Source: a virus (Duplodnaviria; Caudoviricetes). From it: 64,000 nt of DNA. The stretch lies in IMG/VR virus record IMGVR_UViG_3300005841_000939, one strand, 5' to 3'. Under the pieces are notes generated by a model. That model worked only from the letters and a program-made list of their open reading frames with translations, ran no database searches and had not been told where the DNA came from. The translations under genes were made by a program, and so were the position numbers. Every line of letters starts with the position of its first letter. Positions within the stretch are counted from its first letter, which is position 1. Shown here piece after piece: positions 19,926 through 28,194 of the stretch.

Positions 19926-20851
19926 TTGATGTTTTCCTTGAACCAATTGTAAGTCTTAATAATACCATCTTCTAGAGAAATTTTTGATTTCCAGCCAAGA
20001 TTTGCGAGCTTTGTTACATCCATTATTTTTCTTGGCATGCCGTCTGGTCTGCTAGAATCCCAATGAATTTCGCCAGTGTATCCAACAATACGTTTTATTG
20101 TTTCTGATAACTCTTTGATTGTACAATCTGTACCAGAACCTACATTAATATGTTCTGAATTGTCATAATTGTGCATTAAAAATATGCAAGCATCAGCAAC
20201 ATCTTCAACGTGTAGGAATTCTCTACGGGCAGAGCCAGTTCCTAAACATTGTACAAATTCTTTTTTTTCAATTTTTGCTTCATGAAATTTTCTGATCAAT
20301 CCGCTCATAACATGTGATGTTTTTAGGTCAAAATTATCATTTTGACCATATAAATTGCATGGCATACATGAAATAAAATTGTCATTATATTGCTTTTTAT
20401 ATGCTGCACATAGCTTCAAACCAGCAATTTTAGCAAGCGCATACATTTCATTAGTTGGTTCAACTGGTCCTGTCAATAAATATTCTTCTTTCATTGGCTG
20501 AGGGCATTCTCTAGGATAAATACAAGAGCTTCCCATAAATAAAAGCTTTTTAACTTTCATTTCATGTGCCGATTGAATTACGTTATTCTGCATCATTAGA
20601 TTTTCATAGCCAAACACTGCTGGAGAACTGATGTTGGCCATAATACCACCAACTTTTGCAGCTAAAAAGAAAATGTGAGATGGTTCTATGGTTGCGAATA
20701 CTTCTCTAACTTCTTTCTGTTCCAACAAATTCAAATGAGAACTTCTTGGAGAATAAACATTTTCATAACCTTGACTTTTTAGTTTTGAAATAAGGGTTTT
20801 GCCAACCATTCCATTACCACCAAGAACTAGGATATTAGATGTTTTATGCAT
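19922..20851 (-). CDS. fcl: GDP-L-fucose synthase / GDP-colitose synthase (Fcl/WcaG/ColC family)
   Basis: GGNGMVG, AAKVGGI, GSSCIYP, YALAK, MPCNLYG, SHV, GTGSARREFLHVED, DGMPRK. Confidence 0.92.
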   Translation of the reverse strand: MHKTSNILVLGGNGMVGKTLISKLKSQGYENVYSPRSSHLNLLEQKEVREVFATIEPSHIFFLAAKVGGIMANISSPAVFGYENLMMQNNVIQSAHEMKVKKLLFMGSSCIYPRECPQPMKEEYLLTGPVEPTNEMYALAKIAGLKLCAAYKKQYNDNFISCMPCNLYGQNDNFDLKTSHVMSGLIRKFHEAKIEKKEFVQCLGTGSARREFLHVEDVADACIFLMHNYDNSEHINVGSGTDCTIKELSETIKRIVGYTGEIHWDSSRPDGMPRKIMDVTKLANLGWKSKISLEDGIIKTYNWFKENIK

Positions 20852-21900
20852 TAGATACCTGCTTTCGCTAAATCAGAATTTACCATATCAGCAACTAAAT
20901 CATCAAATGAAAATTCAGGTTGCCAGCCAAGAACAGTTTTGGCCTTTGTTGGATTTCCAAGTAAATAATCAACTTCAGATGGTCTATAATATTTAGGATT
21001 GACTTGTACGACAACTTCGCCATCTACAATACCTTTTTCAGAGTCTTTATGACCTTCCCATGCAATTGTTTTTCCAATATGCTTAAACGATTTCTCTATG
21101 AATTCTTTAACAGTATGTGTTTCACCAGTAGCAATCACATAATCATCTGGTTTATTTTGTTGAAGGATAAGCCATTGTGCTCTTACATAGTCTTTTGCAT
21201 GCCCCCAATCACGGTAAGCATCCATATTGCCTATTTGTAAAGCCTTTGTATTTTTTGGATCTTTGACCCATTTAGCAAGCCATAATGTTATTTTTCTTGT
21301 AACAAAGGTTTCACCACGTCTTGGGCCTTCATGATTAAAAAGGAGCCCATTACATCCAAAAATGTCATACGCTTCACGATAATTGCGTGTAATCCAATAT
21401 GCATAGATTTTTGCACAACCATAAGGTGAACGTGGATGAAATGGCGATGTTTCCACATATCCGCCTTCTGGCATATTATAAGCCATACCTCCAAACATTT
21501 CACTGGTACTGGCTTGATAAACTTTAGTGGTTGGTGAGAAGTTTTTTACTGCTTCTAAGATATAAAGTGACCCTAAACCATCAACCTGTGCTGTAAAGTT
21601 TGGAATATCAAAGCTTACCTTAACATGTGACTGTGCAGCTAAGTTATAAATTTCGTTAGGCTTTAGATCGTAAATGAGTTTTCCTATAATATTTGAGTCA
21701 ACCATATCCCCATAATGCAGGAAGAACGTCTTGCCAAAAATCTCAGAATCATTTATGATATGATCAATTCGGTCAGTATTAATTGTTGAGGCTCTACGTA
21801 TAATTCCATGGACTTCATATCCTTTACTCAAAAGAAGTTCAAGAAGATAGGAACCATCTTGTCCTGTTATGCCCGTTATCAAAGCGCGCTTAGTTGCCAT
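20851..21900 (-). CDS. gmd: GDP-mannose 4,6-dehydratase
   Basis: ITGITGQDGSYL, YNLAAQSHVKVSF, QASTSEMFG, FHPRSPYGCAK, FNHEGPRRGETFVTRKI, RDWGHAKDYV. Confidence 0.97.
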   Translation of the reverse strand: MATKRALITGITGQDGSYLLELLLSKGYEVHGIIRRASTINTDRIDHIINDSEIFGKTFFLHYGDMVDSNIIGKLIYDLKPNEIYNLAAQSHVKVSFDIPNFTAQVDGLGSLYILEAVKNFSPTTKVYQASTSEMFGGMAYNMPEGGYVETSPFHPRSPYGCAKIYAYWITRNYREAYDIFGCNGLLFNHEGPRRGETFVTRKITLWLAKWVKDPKNTKALQIGNMDAYRDWGHAKDYVRAQWLILQQNKPDDYVIATGETHTVKEFIEKSFKHIGKTIAWEGHKDSEKGIVDGEVVVQVNPKYYRPSEVDYLLGNPTKAKTVLGWQPEFSFDDLVADMVNSDLAKAGI

Positions 21901-21961
21901 AAAACCCTTTACATATGAATCGTTTTGCTAGAATAATTCTATTCATAATTAGGGGAAAATC

Positions 21962-22573
21962 ATGTTAGATGTAAAGCAAACACAAGCTGAACCAGATTCA
22001 TTTATAGATCCTATTAGTTTAACAGTTAAAATGGATGATAAAACTGTTGTAATTAATAATGCTTTGATTGAAAATTATTTAAATTTTTGTGATCGTTCGT
22101 TTTTTGTAGAATATGCTGTTGAAAATATCTTGAAAGAGAAATTTGGTATTGTTGAAAAGGATGCTGCGAAACAAGTGTCAGATTATTTTCTTTTCTTGGA
22201 ACGAACCAATAAAAATGAGAATTTTTTCAAGAAAATAGCAGAAGATATTACAAATAATCTTGCAATTAATAACACATTAATTATGAATTTATTGGAATCA
22301 AATGACCATACAAAAAATGTTAAGGTTGTTAATACTCCAAGATTTGTAGATCAGTATGGTGAAGAACATCAAACAAAATTCGCAGTTGCTAAAAATAGTG
22401 AAGTATCCGGGGATGACTTTATAAAAATTTCTCCTGAAAACTTTAATGTATTTAATAAACAATTTGTAAGTGGTGTACTTAATACAGTTTTAAACAACAA
22501 CATGAAATATGTTTATAAAATTGTTATTACCTTTGCAGATGGATTTTTTAAATTTGGTGTTTACGGTTGTTAA
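21962..22573 (+). CDS. Hypothetical protein
   Basis: 203-aa ORF with AGGGG RBS. Confidence 0.75.
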   Translation: MLDVKQTQAEPDSFIDPISLTVKMDDKTVVINNALIENYLNFCDRSFFVEYAVENILKEKFGIVEKDAAKQVSDYFLFLERTNKNENFFKKIAEDITNNLAINNTLIMNLLESNDHTKNVKVVNTPRFVDQYGEEHQTKFAVAKNSEVSGDDFIKISPENFNVFNKQFVSGVLNTVLNNNMKYVYKIVITFADGFFKFGVYGC

Positions 22574-22591
22574 TAAAAACTTAACAATACA

Positions 22592-22599
22592 TATAAATA
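22592..22599 (+). promoter_or_regulatory. T4-type late promoter consensus TATAAATA
   Basis: Exact match in an intergenic gap; the only copy I noticed; could arise by chance in AT-rich DNA. Confidence 0.35.
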
Positions 22600-22631
22600 A
22601 TATTACTAAAAGATTGTAGAAAGGTACAATT

Positions 22632-22778
22632 TTGTCTCAAACACAGCCTCAAATACAAGATTTCAGTAAACAAGAATTGAAGTTATTGAAGAATATGATT
22701 GAACAATATGCTGATACCAATCGTGCAATTGTCAAAAGCACCCTTGATAAAATAGAAGAAAAGATTAAGATTTCATAA
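22632..22778 (+). CDS. Small hypothetical protein (48 aa, TTG start), not in ORF track
   Basis: AAAGG RBS upstream; stop overlaps next ATG (TAATG). Confidence 0.5.
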   Translation: MSQTQPQIQDFSKQELKLLKNMIEQYADTNRAIVKSTLDKIEEKIKIS

Positions 22779-23164
22779 TGTCACAATACGAAGAAATAAA
22801 AGTTTATTTAGAAAAAACTGATAAAGAAGAAATAAAAGAATTTTTCAAAGCTTATACTAAAGAAGAACACAAAACTGTTGAACTTTTCAAAGTTATAACA
22901 GATGTTGATAGAGAAGTTCATCAAGCTGACTGGGTTTTCCGTTATTTTTATTATCGTGATTTGATCATTGAAAACAAATCAGACGATGATGTTGTTGGTT
23001 TCTTAAAAGAAATTATTGCACAAAATCAAAAGGTTTGGGATGATTATGTTGGCGGGAAAGATGGAGCCAGTGGCCGCTTTATAGGTGGTTTGGTTGGAAA
23101 ATACAAGGTACCTGCCGAGAAAGCTAAAGAAGTAGTTGAAAAAATGCGTATTTCTAAGGATTAA
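22778..23164 (+). CDS. Hypothetical protein with GatB/YqeY C-terminal-like segment
   Basis: EIIAQNQKVWDDYVGGKDGASGRFIGGLVGK resembles the GatB tail pattern. Confidence 0.45.
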   Translation: MSQYEEIKVYLEKTDKEEIKEFFKAYTKEEHKTVELFKVITDVDREVHQADWVFRYFYYRDLIIENKSDDDVVGFLKEIIAQNQKVWDDYVGGKDGASGRFIGGLVGKYKVPAEKAKEVVEKMRISKD

Positions 23165-23171
23165 ATTAATC

Positions 23172-23199
23172 TTTACAAATTAATTGGTGTCGCTAGTAT
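23172..23199 (+). promoter_or_regulatory. Promoter-like TTTACA-N16-TAGTAT
   Basis: Intergenic; AAGGA RBS downstream. Confidence 0.5.
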
Positions 23200-23218
23200 T
23201 CCACGCAAGGAATGACAC

Positions 23219-23776
23219 ATGTCCGATAAAATTCATCGCAATGTGGTTGTAAAGACCTGTGAAAACATCATCTTCAATGTCAAATGGGGATTGATGTTGT
23301 TTTATATCGGACTAATTGTGGTATTTGGCGTGTATGCTTATACCTTTATCCTTGATATAATTGGTATAATCCGTGGTACAAATCATACGATGGAAGGTAT
23401 GAAGATTATTATCCTGGATTTCATAGATGTAGTCATGGTTGCAAATCTGACTAAAATGATTATCGCAGGATCATATCACAGCTTTGTTTCTAAGGAACAT
23501 CAGCGCAAAAATGAGGAAGTTTCAAGTGGTGTCCTGAAAACCAAAATCAGTACATCAATTATTGTTCTCGCAATGATCAATATATTGAAAACCTTTATAG
23601 CAGCAAGTGAACATCACGTTGAAATGATTGTTGTCTATCAGCAATTAATGATGTTTGGTGCATTTTTAGTTGGTGCATGTGTGCTTGGTGCGTTAGAATA
23701 TCTCCATATCAAAGGTGAAAAGATTGAACATGATATTCACCATAATGACAAAAAGAAAGATGATTCCCATGAATAA
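23219..23776 (+). CDS. YqhA/UPF0114-family membrane protein
   Basis: IDVVMVANL..MII.GSY.SFVSK, LKTKISTSII; several transmembrane segments. Confidence 0.75.
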   Translation: MSDKIHRNVVVKTCENIIFNVKWGLMLFYIGLIVVFGVYAYTFILDIIGIIRGTNHTMEGMKIIILDFIDVVMVANLTKMIIAGSYHSFVSKEHQRKNEEVSSGVLKTKISTSIIVLAMINILKTFIAASEHHVEMIVVYQQLMMFGAFLVGACVLGALEYLHIKGEKIEHDIHHNDKKKDDSHE

Positions 23777-24353
23777 GACTCTCATATTCCTCGCAATTGT
23801 TTCCATGTTGCTCATCGTTGGATGTGGGCATGATAAGAAGGTCTCCCACCATCACAAGAAAGCAGTTGAAAAAGAAGTCGCACATAAAAATGTGGACAAG
23901 ATACACGAATATATTGTCCAACAACCAGACAATTCATTTCTGTATTGGTATTTAATTTATGGTAATAATTCCACTTATTACTATTCAAGTCCTAGACCAA
24001 CGGCAAATTTTTCAGGTGTACAGTTCTCATCAAGTCCAAATACATCTGTAAATGGTGTTGCTACGAGAAGTGTTCCTGTAGAAGTCAAAGAAGCAGTTGA
24101 AAAAGGTGTTGATAAAGGTGAGCTTGAAACTGAGGCTGAACAGGAACCTGAAATTGTTGATGAAACAGAAATTGCTGGAGTAGAAAATCCAGATGATGCA
24201 GCAGATAATCCTGCAACAGAAAGTTCCGAATCAGAAAGTGCATCTGAGAGTTCATCTGAATCCTCAAGTAGTGATTCCTCGTCAAGTTCAGGTAGTGGGG
24301 ATTCAAGTTCTTCATCATCAGGCGATTCTGGTGGAGGTGGTGGGGGCGATTAA
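23769..24353 (+). CDS. Predicted lipoprotein with acidic Ser/Gly-rich C-terminal tail
   Basis: Signal peptide with IVGC lipobox; tail SSESSSSDSSSSSGSGDSSSSSSGDSGGGGGGD. Confidence 0.7.
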   Translation: MNKTLIFLAIVSMLLIVGCGHDKKVSHHHKKAVEKEVAHKNVDKIHEYIVQQPDNSFLYWYLIYGNNSTYYYSSPRPTANFSGVQFSSSPNTSVNGVATRSVPVEVKEAVEKGVDKGELETEAEQEPEIVDETEIAGVENPDDAADNPATESSESESASESSSESSSSDSSSSSGSGDSSSSSSGDSGGGGGGD

Positions 24354-24356
24354 GTA

Positions 24357-24384
24357 TTGTCTTCACTGTGAAATAGTTTAAAAT
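24357..24384 (+). promoter_or_regulatory. Promoter-like TTGTCT-N16-TAAAAT
   Basis: Intergenic; close to the downstream ATG. Confidence 0.4.
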
Positions 24385-24391
24385 AATTGGC

Positions 24392-24604
24392 ATGCCATCG
24401 CCAATTATAAAATATTTTGAATATAGTCATTTATCTGCTAAACTACAAGTTGTTAGTAAACAATTATGTGATGTAGCAAAAGCATTAGATGCAAGCTTAC
24501 CTGATGGTCCAGAAAAGTCTGCTGGACTTCGTAAATTGCTTGAAGCAAAAGATTGTTTTGTTAGGGTTGCAGTGGATATTAAAATAGATGACAACCTTAC
24601 CTAA
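24392..24604 (+). CDS. Small conserved-type phage hypothetical protein
   Basis: FEYSHL...LPDGPEKSAGLRKLLEAKDCFVR. Confidence 0.75.
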   Translation: MPSPIIKYFEYSHLSAKLQVVSKQLCDVAKALDASLPDGPEKSAGLRKLLEAKDCFVRVAVDIKIDDNLT

Positions 24605-24881
24605 TAAGCCTTACATGTTCTACTACATAGTAGAAGAAGAATCTAAATCATTATTTGAAAGAATTTATAAAGATGTACTTGTTGGATTTTTAAGTCGCAT
24701 ATGTAACTCAGATAAAGAGGAATTGCATAAAAAATATTCAAGATTCAATAATCAACCAGATTTTTTTGAAAAAATAATGGAACGATCAATAAAATCTATT
24801 TCTGTACACAATAAAAATGATGAAATAATTAAAAGAGAAAAAATTAAAAAAGAACCAGGATTTTTGAGGTTTTATCCATGA
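24588..24881 (+). CDS. Hypothetical protein
   Basis: Operonic overlapping ORF. Confidence 0.55.
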   Translation: MTTLPNKPYMFYYIVEEESKSLFERIYKDVLVGFLSRICNSDKEELHKKYSRFNNQPDFFEKIMERSIKSISVHNKNDEIIKREKIKKEPGFLRFYP

Positions 24882-25219
24882 AAGTTATCATTGCAGGAAA
24901 AAGAGATTATTATAAATATGAAGCTGTCCAAGAAGCAGTTAAGGCGAGTGGATTTGTAATAACTGAAGAAGTTTCTGGTGCTGCATCTGGTGTTGATGCT
25001 TTGGGTGAAAAATGGGCCAAAGATAATAACGTCCCTATCAAACGTTTTCCTGCCGATTGGGGTAAGAATGGTAAAGCTGCTGGACCTATTCGTAATAAAC
25101 AAATGGCAGATTATGCGGAAGCATTAATTGCCCTTTGGGATGGTAATAGTAAGGGTACAGCTAACATGATTATGCAAGCAAGAAATGCTGGACTAAAAGT
25201 TTTCGTCTATAAAATATGA
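24878..25219 (+). CDS. SLOG-family protein (DUF2493/YspA-like)
   Basis: VIIAGKR, VSGAASGVD, ADW..NGKAAGPIRNKQM, WDGNSKGT. Confidence 0.85.
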   Translation: MKVIIAGKRDYYKYEAVQEAVKASGFVITEEVSGAASGVDALGEKWAKDNNVPIKRFPADWGKNGKAAGPIRNKQMADYAEALIALWDGNSKGTANMIMQARNAGLKVFVYKI

Positions 25220-25222
25220 CGC

Positions 25223-26089
25223 ATGCTATTTACCGAAGAGTCACTTTTCAATAAAATTGAAGAAAATCTATCAAAAAATTTAATATACGATAAACCTGAT
25301 TATAACATAAACGTTTTATATTCAGGAGGATGTGATAGCACATTGGTATTGTTTGATATTTTAGTAAGTCTAAAATCTAAAAATGATGGTAGAGATATTG
25401 ATGCATATTGTTTTACGCATGGCCAATTAGGTCATAAAGTTGTTATGGAGCGTAAAGCCCGTGACAGTTTTTTAAAGCATATGAAAGCAAACGGATACAT
25501 TAACAATGTGATTGTCCATGAAATTGAGCTTCCTAAAGAAGTTATCTATGCACAAAGATGTGGTCAACCTGCATTATGGATTTCAAATATTCTTCCATTG
25601 ATTAGAGATAAATCGTTGATTTATGCTGGGTATCATCAAGGTGATTGTTTTCTATCGTATGGAGTTCATAGAGATTGGTTAAAAGCTACAACTGGTTTAC
25701 TAAATCTTTATGGAAAATTTGATGTAGAAATAACATATCCCCTTCAAAATGCATCTAAGGAAGATATTCTAAGAAGATTGCGATATGAGAGAATTTATGA
25801 TTTTACATGGCATTGTGAAACTGTTTATGCTAGTACTGAAACTCCATGCGGAAACTGTGCACCTTGTAAATTACACAGAGCATCATTGCATTTAATTGAA
25901 TTGGATGAAGCTAAGCTGGCGGAAGAACGCGCCAAATATATCGTTTGTTCTACTGATAGAGATATTCCTATAACAAAAGATTTTAAATCAGAAGAATCCG
26001 TTCAAGAAACCAAAGATGTGTTAATTAAAGAATTGAGTTGTGAAATGATGAGTACTGATCACGATATTATAAAAGAATTTTCGCCATAA
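25223..26089 (+). CDS. QueC-like (7-cyano-7-deazaguanine synthase-like) PP-loop ATPase
   Basis: LYSGGCDST PP-loop, YPL...KEDI, TWHC...CGNCAPC Zn site. Confidence 0.65.
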   Translation: MLFTEESLFNKIEENLSKNLIYDKPDYNINVLYSGGCDSTLVLFDILVSLKSKNDGRDIDAYCFTHGQLGHKVVMERKARDSFLKHMKANGYINNVIVHEIELPKEVIYAQRCGQPALWISNILPLIRDKSLIYAGYHQGDCFLSYGVHRDWLKATTGLLNLYGKFDVEITYPLQNASKEDILRRLRYERIYDFTWHCETVYASTETPCGNCAPCKLHRASLHLIELDEAKLAEERAKYIVCSTDRDIPITKDFKSEESVQETKDVLIKELSCEMMSTDHDIIKEFSP

Positions 26090-26099
26090 GGTATATTAT

Positions 26100-26990
26100 A
26101 TGGGTTCATTTTCCGTTAGATGCTTATTTACAAATGTGCAAATAGATCATTATGATCACTGTGTAGCGATCCCGATATGTGCTGACAAATTTTCCAGAGA
26201 TACTTTTTCTGACATGATAACCCGTGTCGGTGATTATTGGCGCCCTGCTGGATTACCATTATATGGAAAATATAATGATTATGGGTCTATTGACTCTGAT
26301 ATGAGCAATATAACAAAATCAAATGAAGTTTTTAATAAAAAATTGTTTGATACTGACGAATTAGAGTTTAGACGTAAATGGTTAGTTAATATTGATTATT
26401 CTACAATAAAACTCATTGATGAACCTGAATATAATTCTGAGGAACACGCTAAACTATTAGAAAATCATTGTGATATTACTTGGGCATTTATCCATAAAGA
26501 TGTATGGGATGAAAAAATGAAAGGTGTTGATGAAGTTTTAAAAAATTTCACAAAATCAATTGATAAATTTGTAAAAAACTATACACCAGGTAAACACCAT
26601 GAAGAGTTTCCTGGGATGATAAAAGATAATTACTTAATGTCGTTAGATGATGATACAGAAACAAGACTTTTTTATTGGATGTTTGAAGAACAACAACGAT
26701 ATTATACATTTTTGAAGATGGAAATTTTTGAGATTTTTGGAAAATTCGTTTTAGATGTATATAAAAATATTAAAACTATTGATCAAATGCCAAATGAATT
26801 GATTGAATTTATAAAAATTCAGCAAATGCATGATGCCTTAGGAGGAATTGGAAAATTTTGGTTTGCAACTTCTGTATTAGGTGAACAATTTCCTTCTTCA
26901 GAATCTATGGATTATGAAATAAGAATGAATATGCTGGCAATTAAAATAATGCTTGATAAAATTCAAAGAAATAAAGAATTTGAAGAATAA
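26100..26990 (+). CDS. Hypothetical protein
   Basis: 296-aa ORF; MGSFSVRC...GLPLYGKYNDYG. Confidence 0.75.
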   Translation: MGSFSVRCLFTNVQIDHYDHCVAIPICADKFSRDTFSDMITRVGDYWRPAGLPLYGKYNDYGSIDSDMSNITKSNEVFNKKLFDTDELEFRRKWLVNIDYSTIKLIDEPEYNSEEHAKLLENHCDITWAFIHKDVWDEKMKGVDEVLKNFTKSIDKFVKNYTPGKHHEEFPGMIKDNYLMSLDDDTETRLFYWMFEEQQRYYTFLKMEIFEIFGKFVLDVYKNIKTIDQMPNELIEFIKIQQMHDALGGIGKFWFATSVLGEQFPSSESMDYEIRMNMLAIKIMLDKIQRNKEFEE

Positions 26991-26999
26991 AGAGAAATT

Positions 27000-27491
27000 A
27001 TGAGAAAAACTGATAAATATTATTTCTTTTATAAACATATTTTAGGCCAATGGCACAAGTTTGATTTTACTGTTGAAGGTATAACATTCAATTGCCCTGA
27101 ACAATGGATGATGTACCAAAAAGCAATTCTTTTTAATGATCAAGCTTCTGCTGACAAAATACTTTTAGAAAAACATTCATATCAACAGCAACAACTTGGT
27201 AGAACTGTTAAAGGTTACAAGCAAGATAAATGGGATGCTTACAAATTTGAAATTGTTAAACAAGGTAATTTACATCGTTTTAGAGCAGATGAAGAAGGTA
27301 GAAAAGTTCTTTTTTCTACCGCTCCACTGATTCTTGTTGAAGCTTCACCTGTAGATCGTGTTTGGGGTATTGGATTGGGTGAAGGAGATCCATTAGCTGA
27401 TGATGAAAATAATTGGCGTGGATCAAATCTTCTTGGTAAAGCATTGACTGAAGTTAGAACTATATTGATGAAAGAATATGGTGCAGTATGA
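27000..27491 (+). CDS. NADAR family protein (YbiA-like N-glycosidase)
   Basis: EQWMMYQKA.LF.D, LGR.VKGY, LVEASPVDRVWGIG, GSNLLGKALTEVR. Confidence 0.92.
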   Translation: MRKTDKYYFFYKHILGQWHKFDFTVEGITFNCPEQWMMYQKAILFNDQASADKILLEKHSYQQQQLGRTVKGYKQDKWDAYKFEIVKQGNLHRFRADEEGRKVLFSTAPLILVEASPVDRVWGIGLGEGDPLADDENNWRGSNLLGKALTEVRTILMKEYGAV

Positions 27492-27721
27492 GTGACGCAG
27501 ATGCAAAAATAAGAGAGATTGATTATTTTGTTAGACAGATTGGGGTAGATGAATGGCTGAAATTTGCCAAAGAATTTACTTGTGATAATAAAAAAATTGA
27601 AAAGTTTATTAAATCAGTTTCTCCACAAGATATTTCAAAGATATATGGCCCGGGATTTAAATCATCATATTCCTCAGGTTATCAAAATGGCTTTAATGAT
27701 GGTTTACACGCAGGAGAATAA
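27488..27721 (+). CDS. Hypothetical protein
   Basis: ATGA-coupled ORF. Confidence 0.6.
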   Translation: MSDADAKIREIDYFVRQIGVDEWLKFAKEFTCDNKKIEKFIKSVSPQDISKIYGPGFKSSYSSGYQNGFNDGLHAGE

Positions 27722-27723
27722 AT

Positions 27724-28158
27724 ATGATAAGTTATGTTTTAGGCTTTGCATTTTCAAGTAATGAAAATGATGTATTATTAATTCAGAAAATCAAACCAAA
27801 GTGGCAAAATGGTAAACTGAATGGAATTGGTGGCAAAGTTGAAGAAGGTGAAACTTCCAAATTTGCGATGGTTCGTGAATTCAACGAAGAAGTTGCATTA
27901 ACAACAACTGAAGATGATTGGAGTCACGAATTAACTATGCGTGGCGTTGAATCTGGCTTTAATGTTGATGTATTTTCAATGTTCAGCGATAATATTTACA
28001 ACTTTAAGCATGTTGAAGCTGAAATTCCTTTTATATTTTCAGTTGATGCGTTGGCGCAATCGGATAAAGTTCTTCTCAATTTGAAATGGTTGATTCCATT
28101 GATTCTTGATCATGAATGGAGCCGAATTGGTCATCGTCCAATTATTCCATATAGATAA
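27724..28158 (+). CDS. Nudix hydrolase (MutT-like)
   Basis: Nudix box GGKVEEGETSKFAMVREFNEE. Confidence 0.88.
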   Translation: MISYVLGFAFSSNENDVLLIQKIKPKWQNGKLNGIGGKVEEGETSKFAMVREFNEEVALTTTEDDWSHELTMRGVESGFNVDVFSMFSDNIYNFKHVEAEIPFIFSVDALAQSDKVLLNLKWLIPLILDHEWSRIGHRPIIPYR

Positions 28159-28160
28159 CC

Positions 28161-28188
28161 TTGACTTGTGTTTTATTTAATTTAGAGT
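28161..28188 (+). promoter_or_regulatory. Promoter-like TTGACT-N16-TAGAGT
   Basis: Intergenic; about 6 nt before ATG, suggesting a leaderless transcript. Confidence 0.55.
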
Positions 28189-28194
28189 TATAAG

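Noticed and set aside
24200-24350. Low-complexity repeat as a CRISPR or tandem DNA repeat
   Set aside because: It is synonymous-codon-varied coding sequence for a Ser/Gly tail. No direct-repeat/spacer array was seen anywhere in the window.
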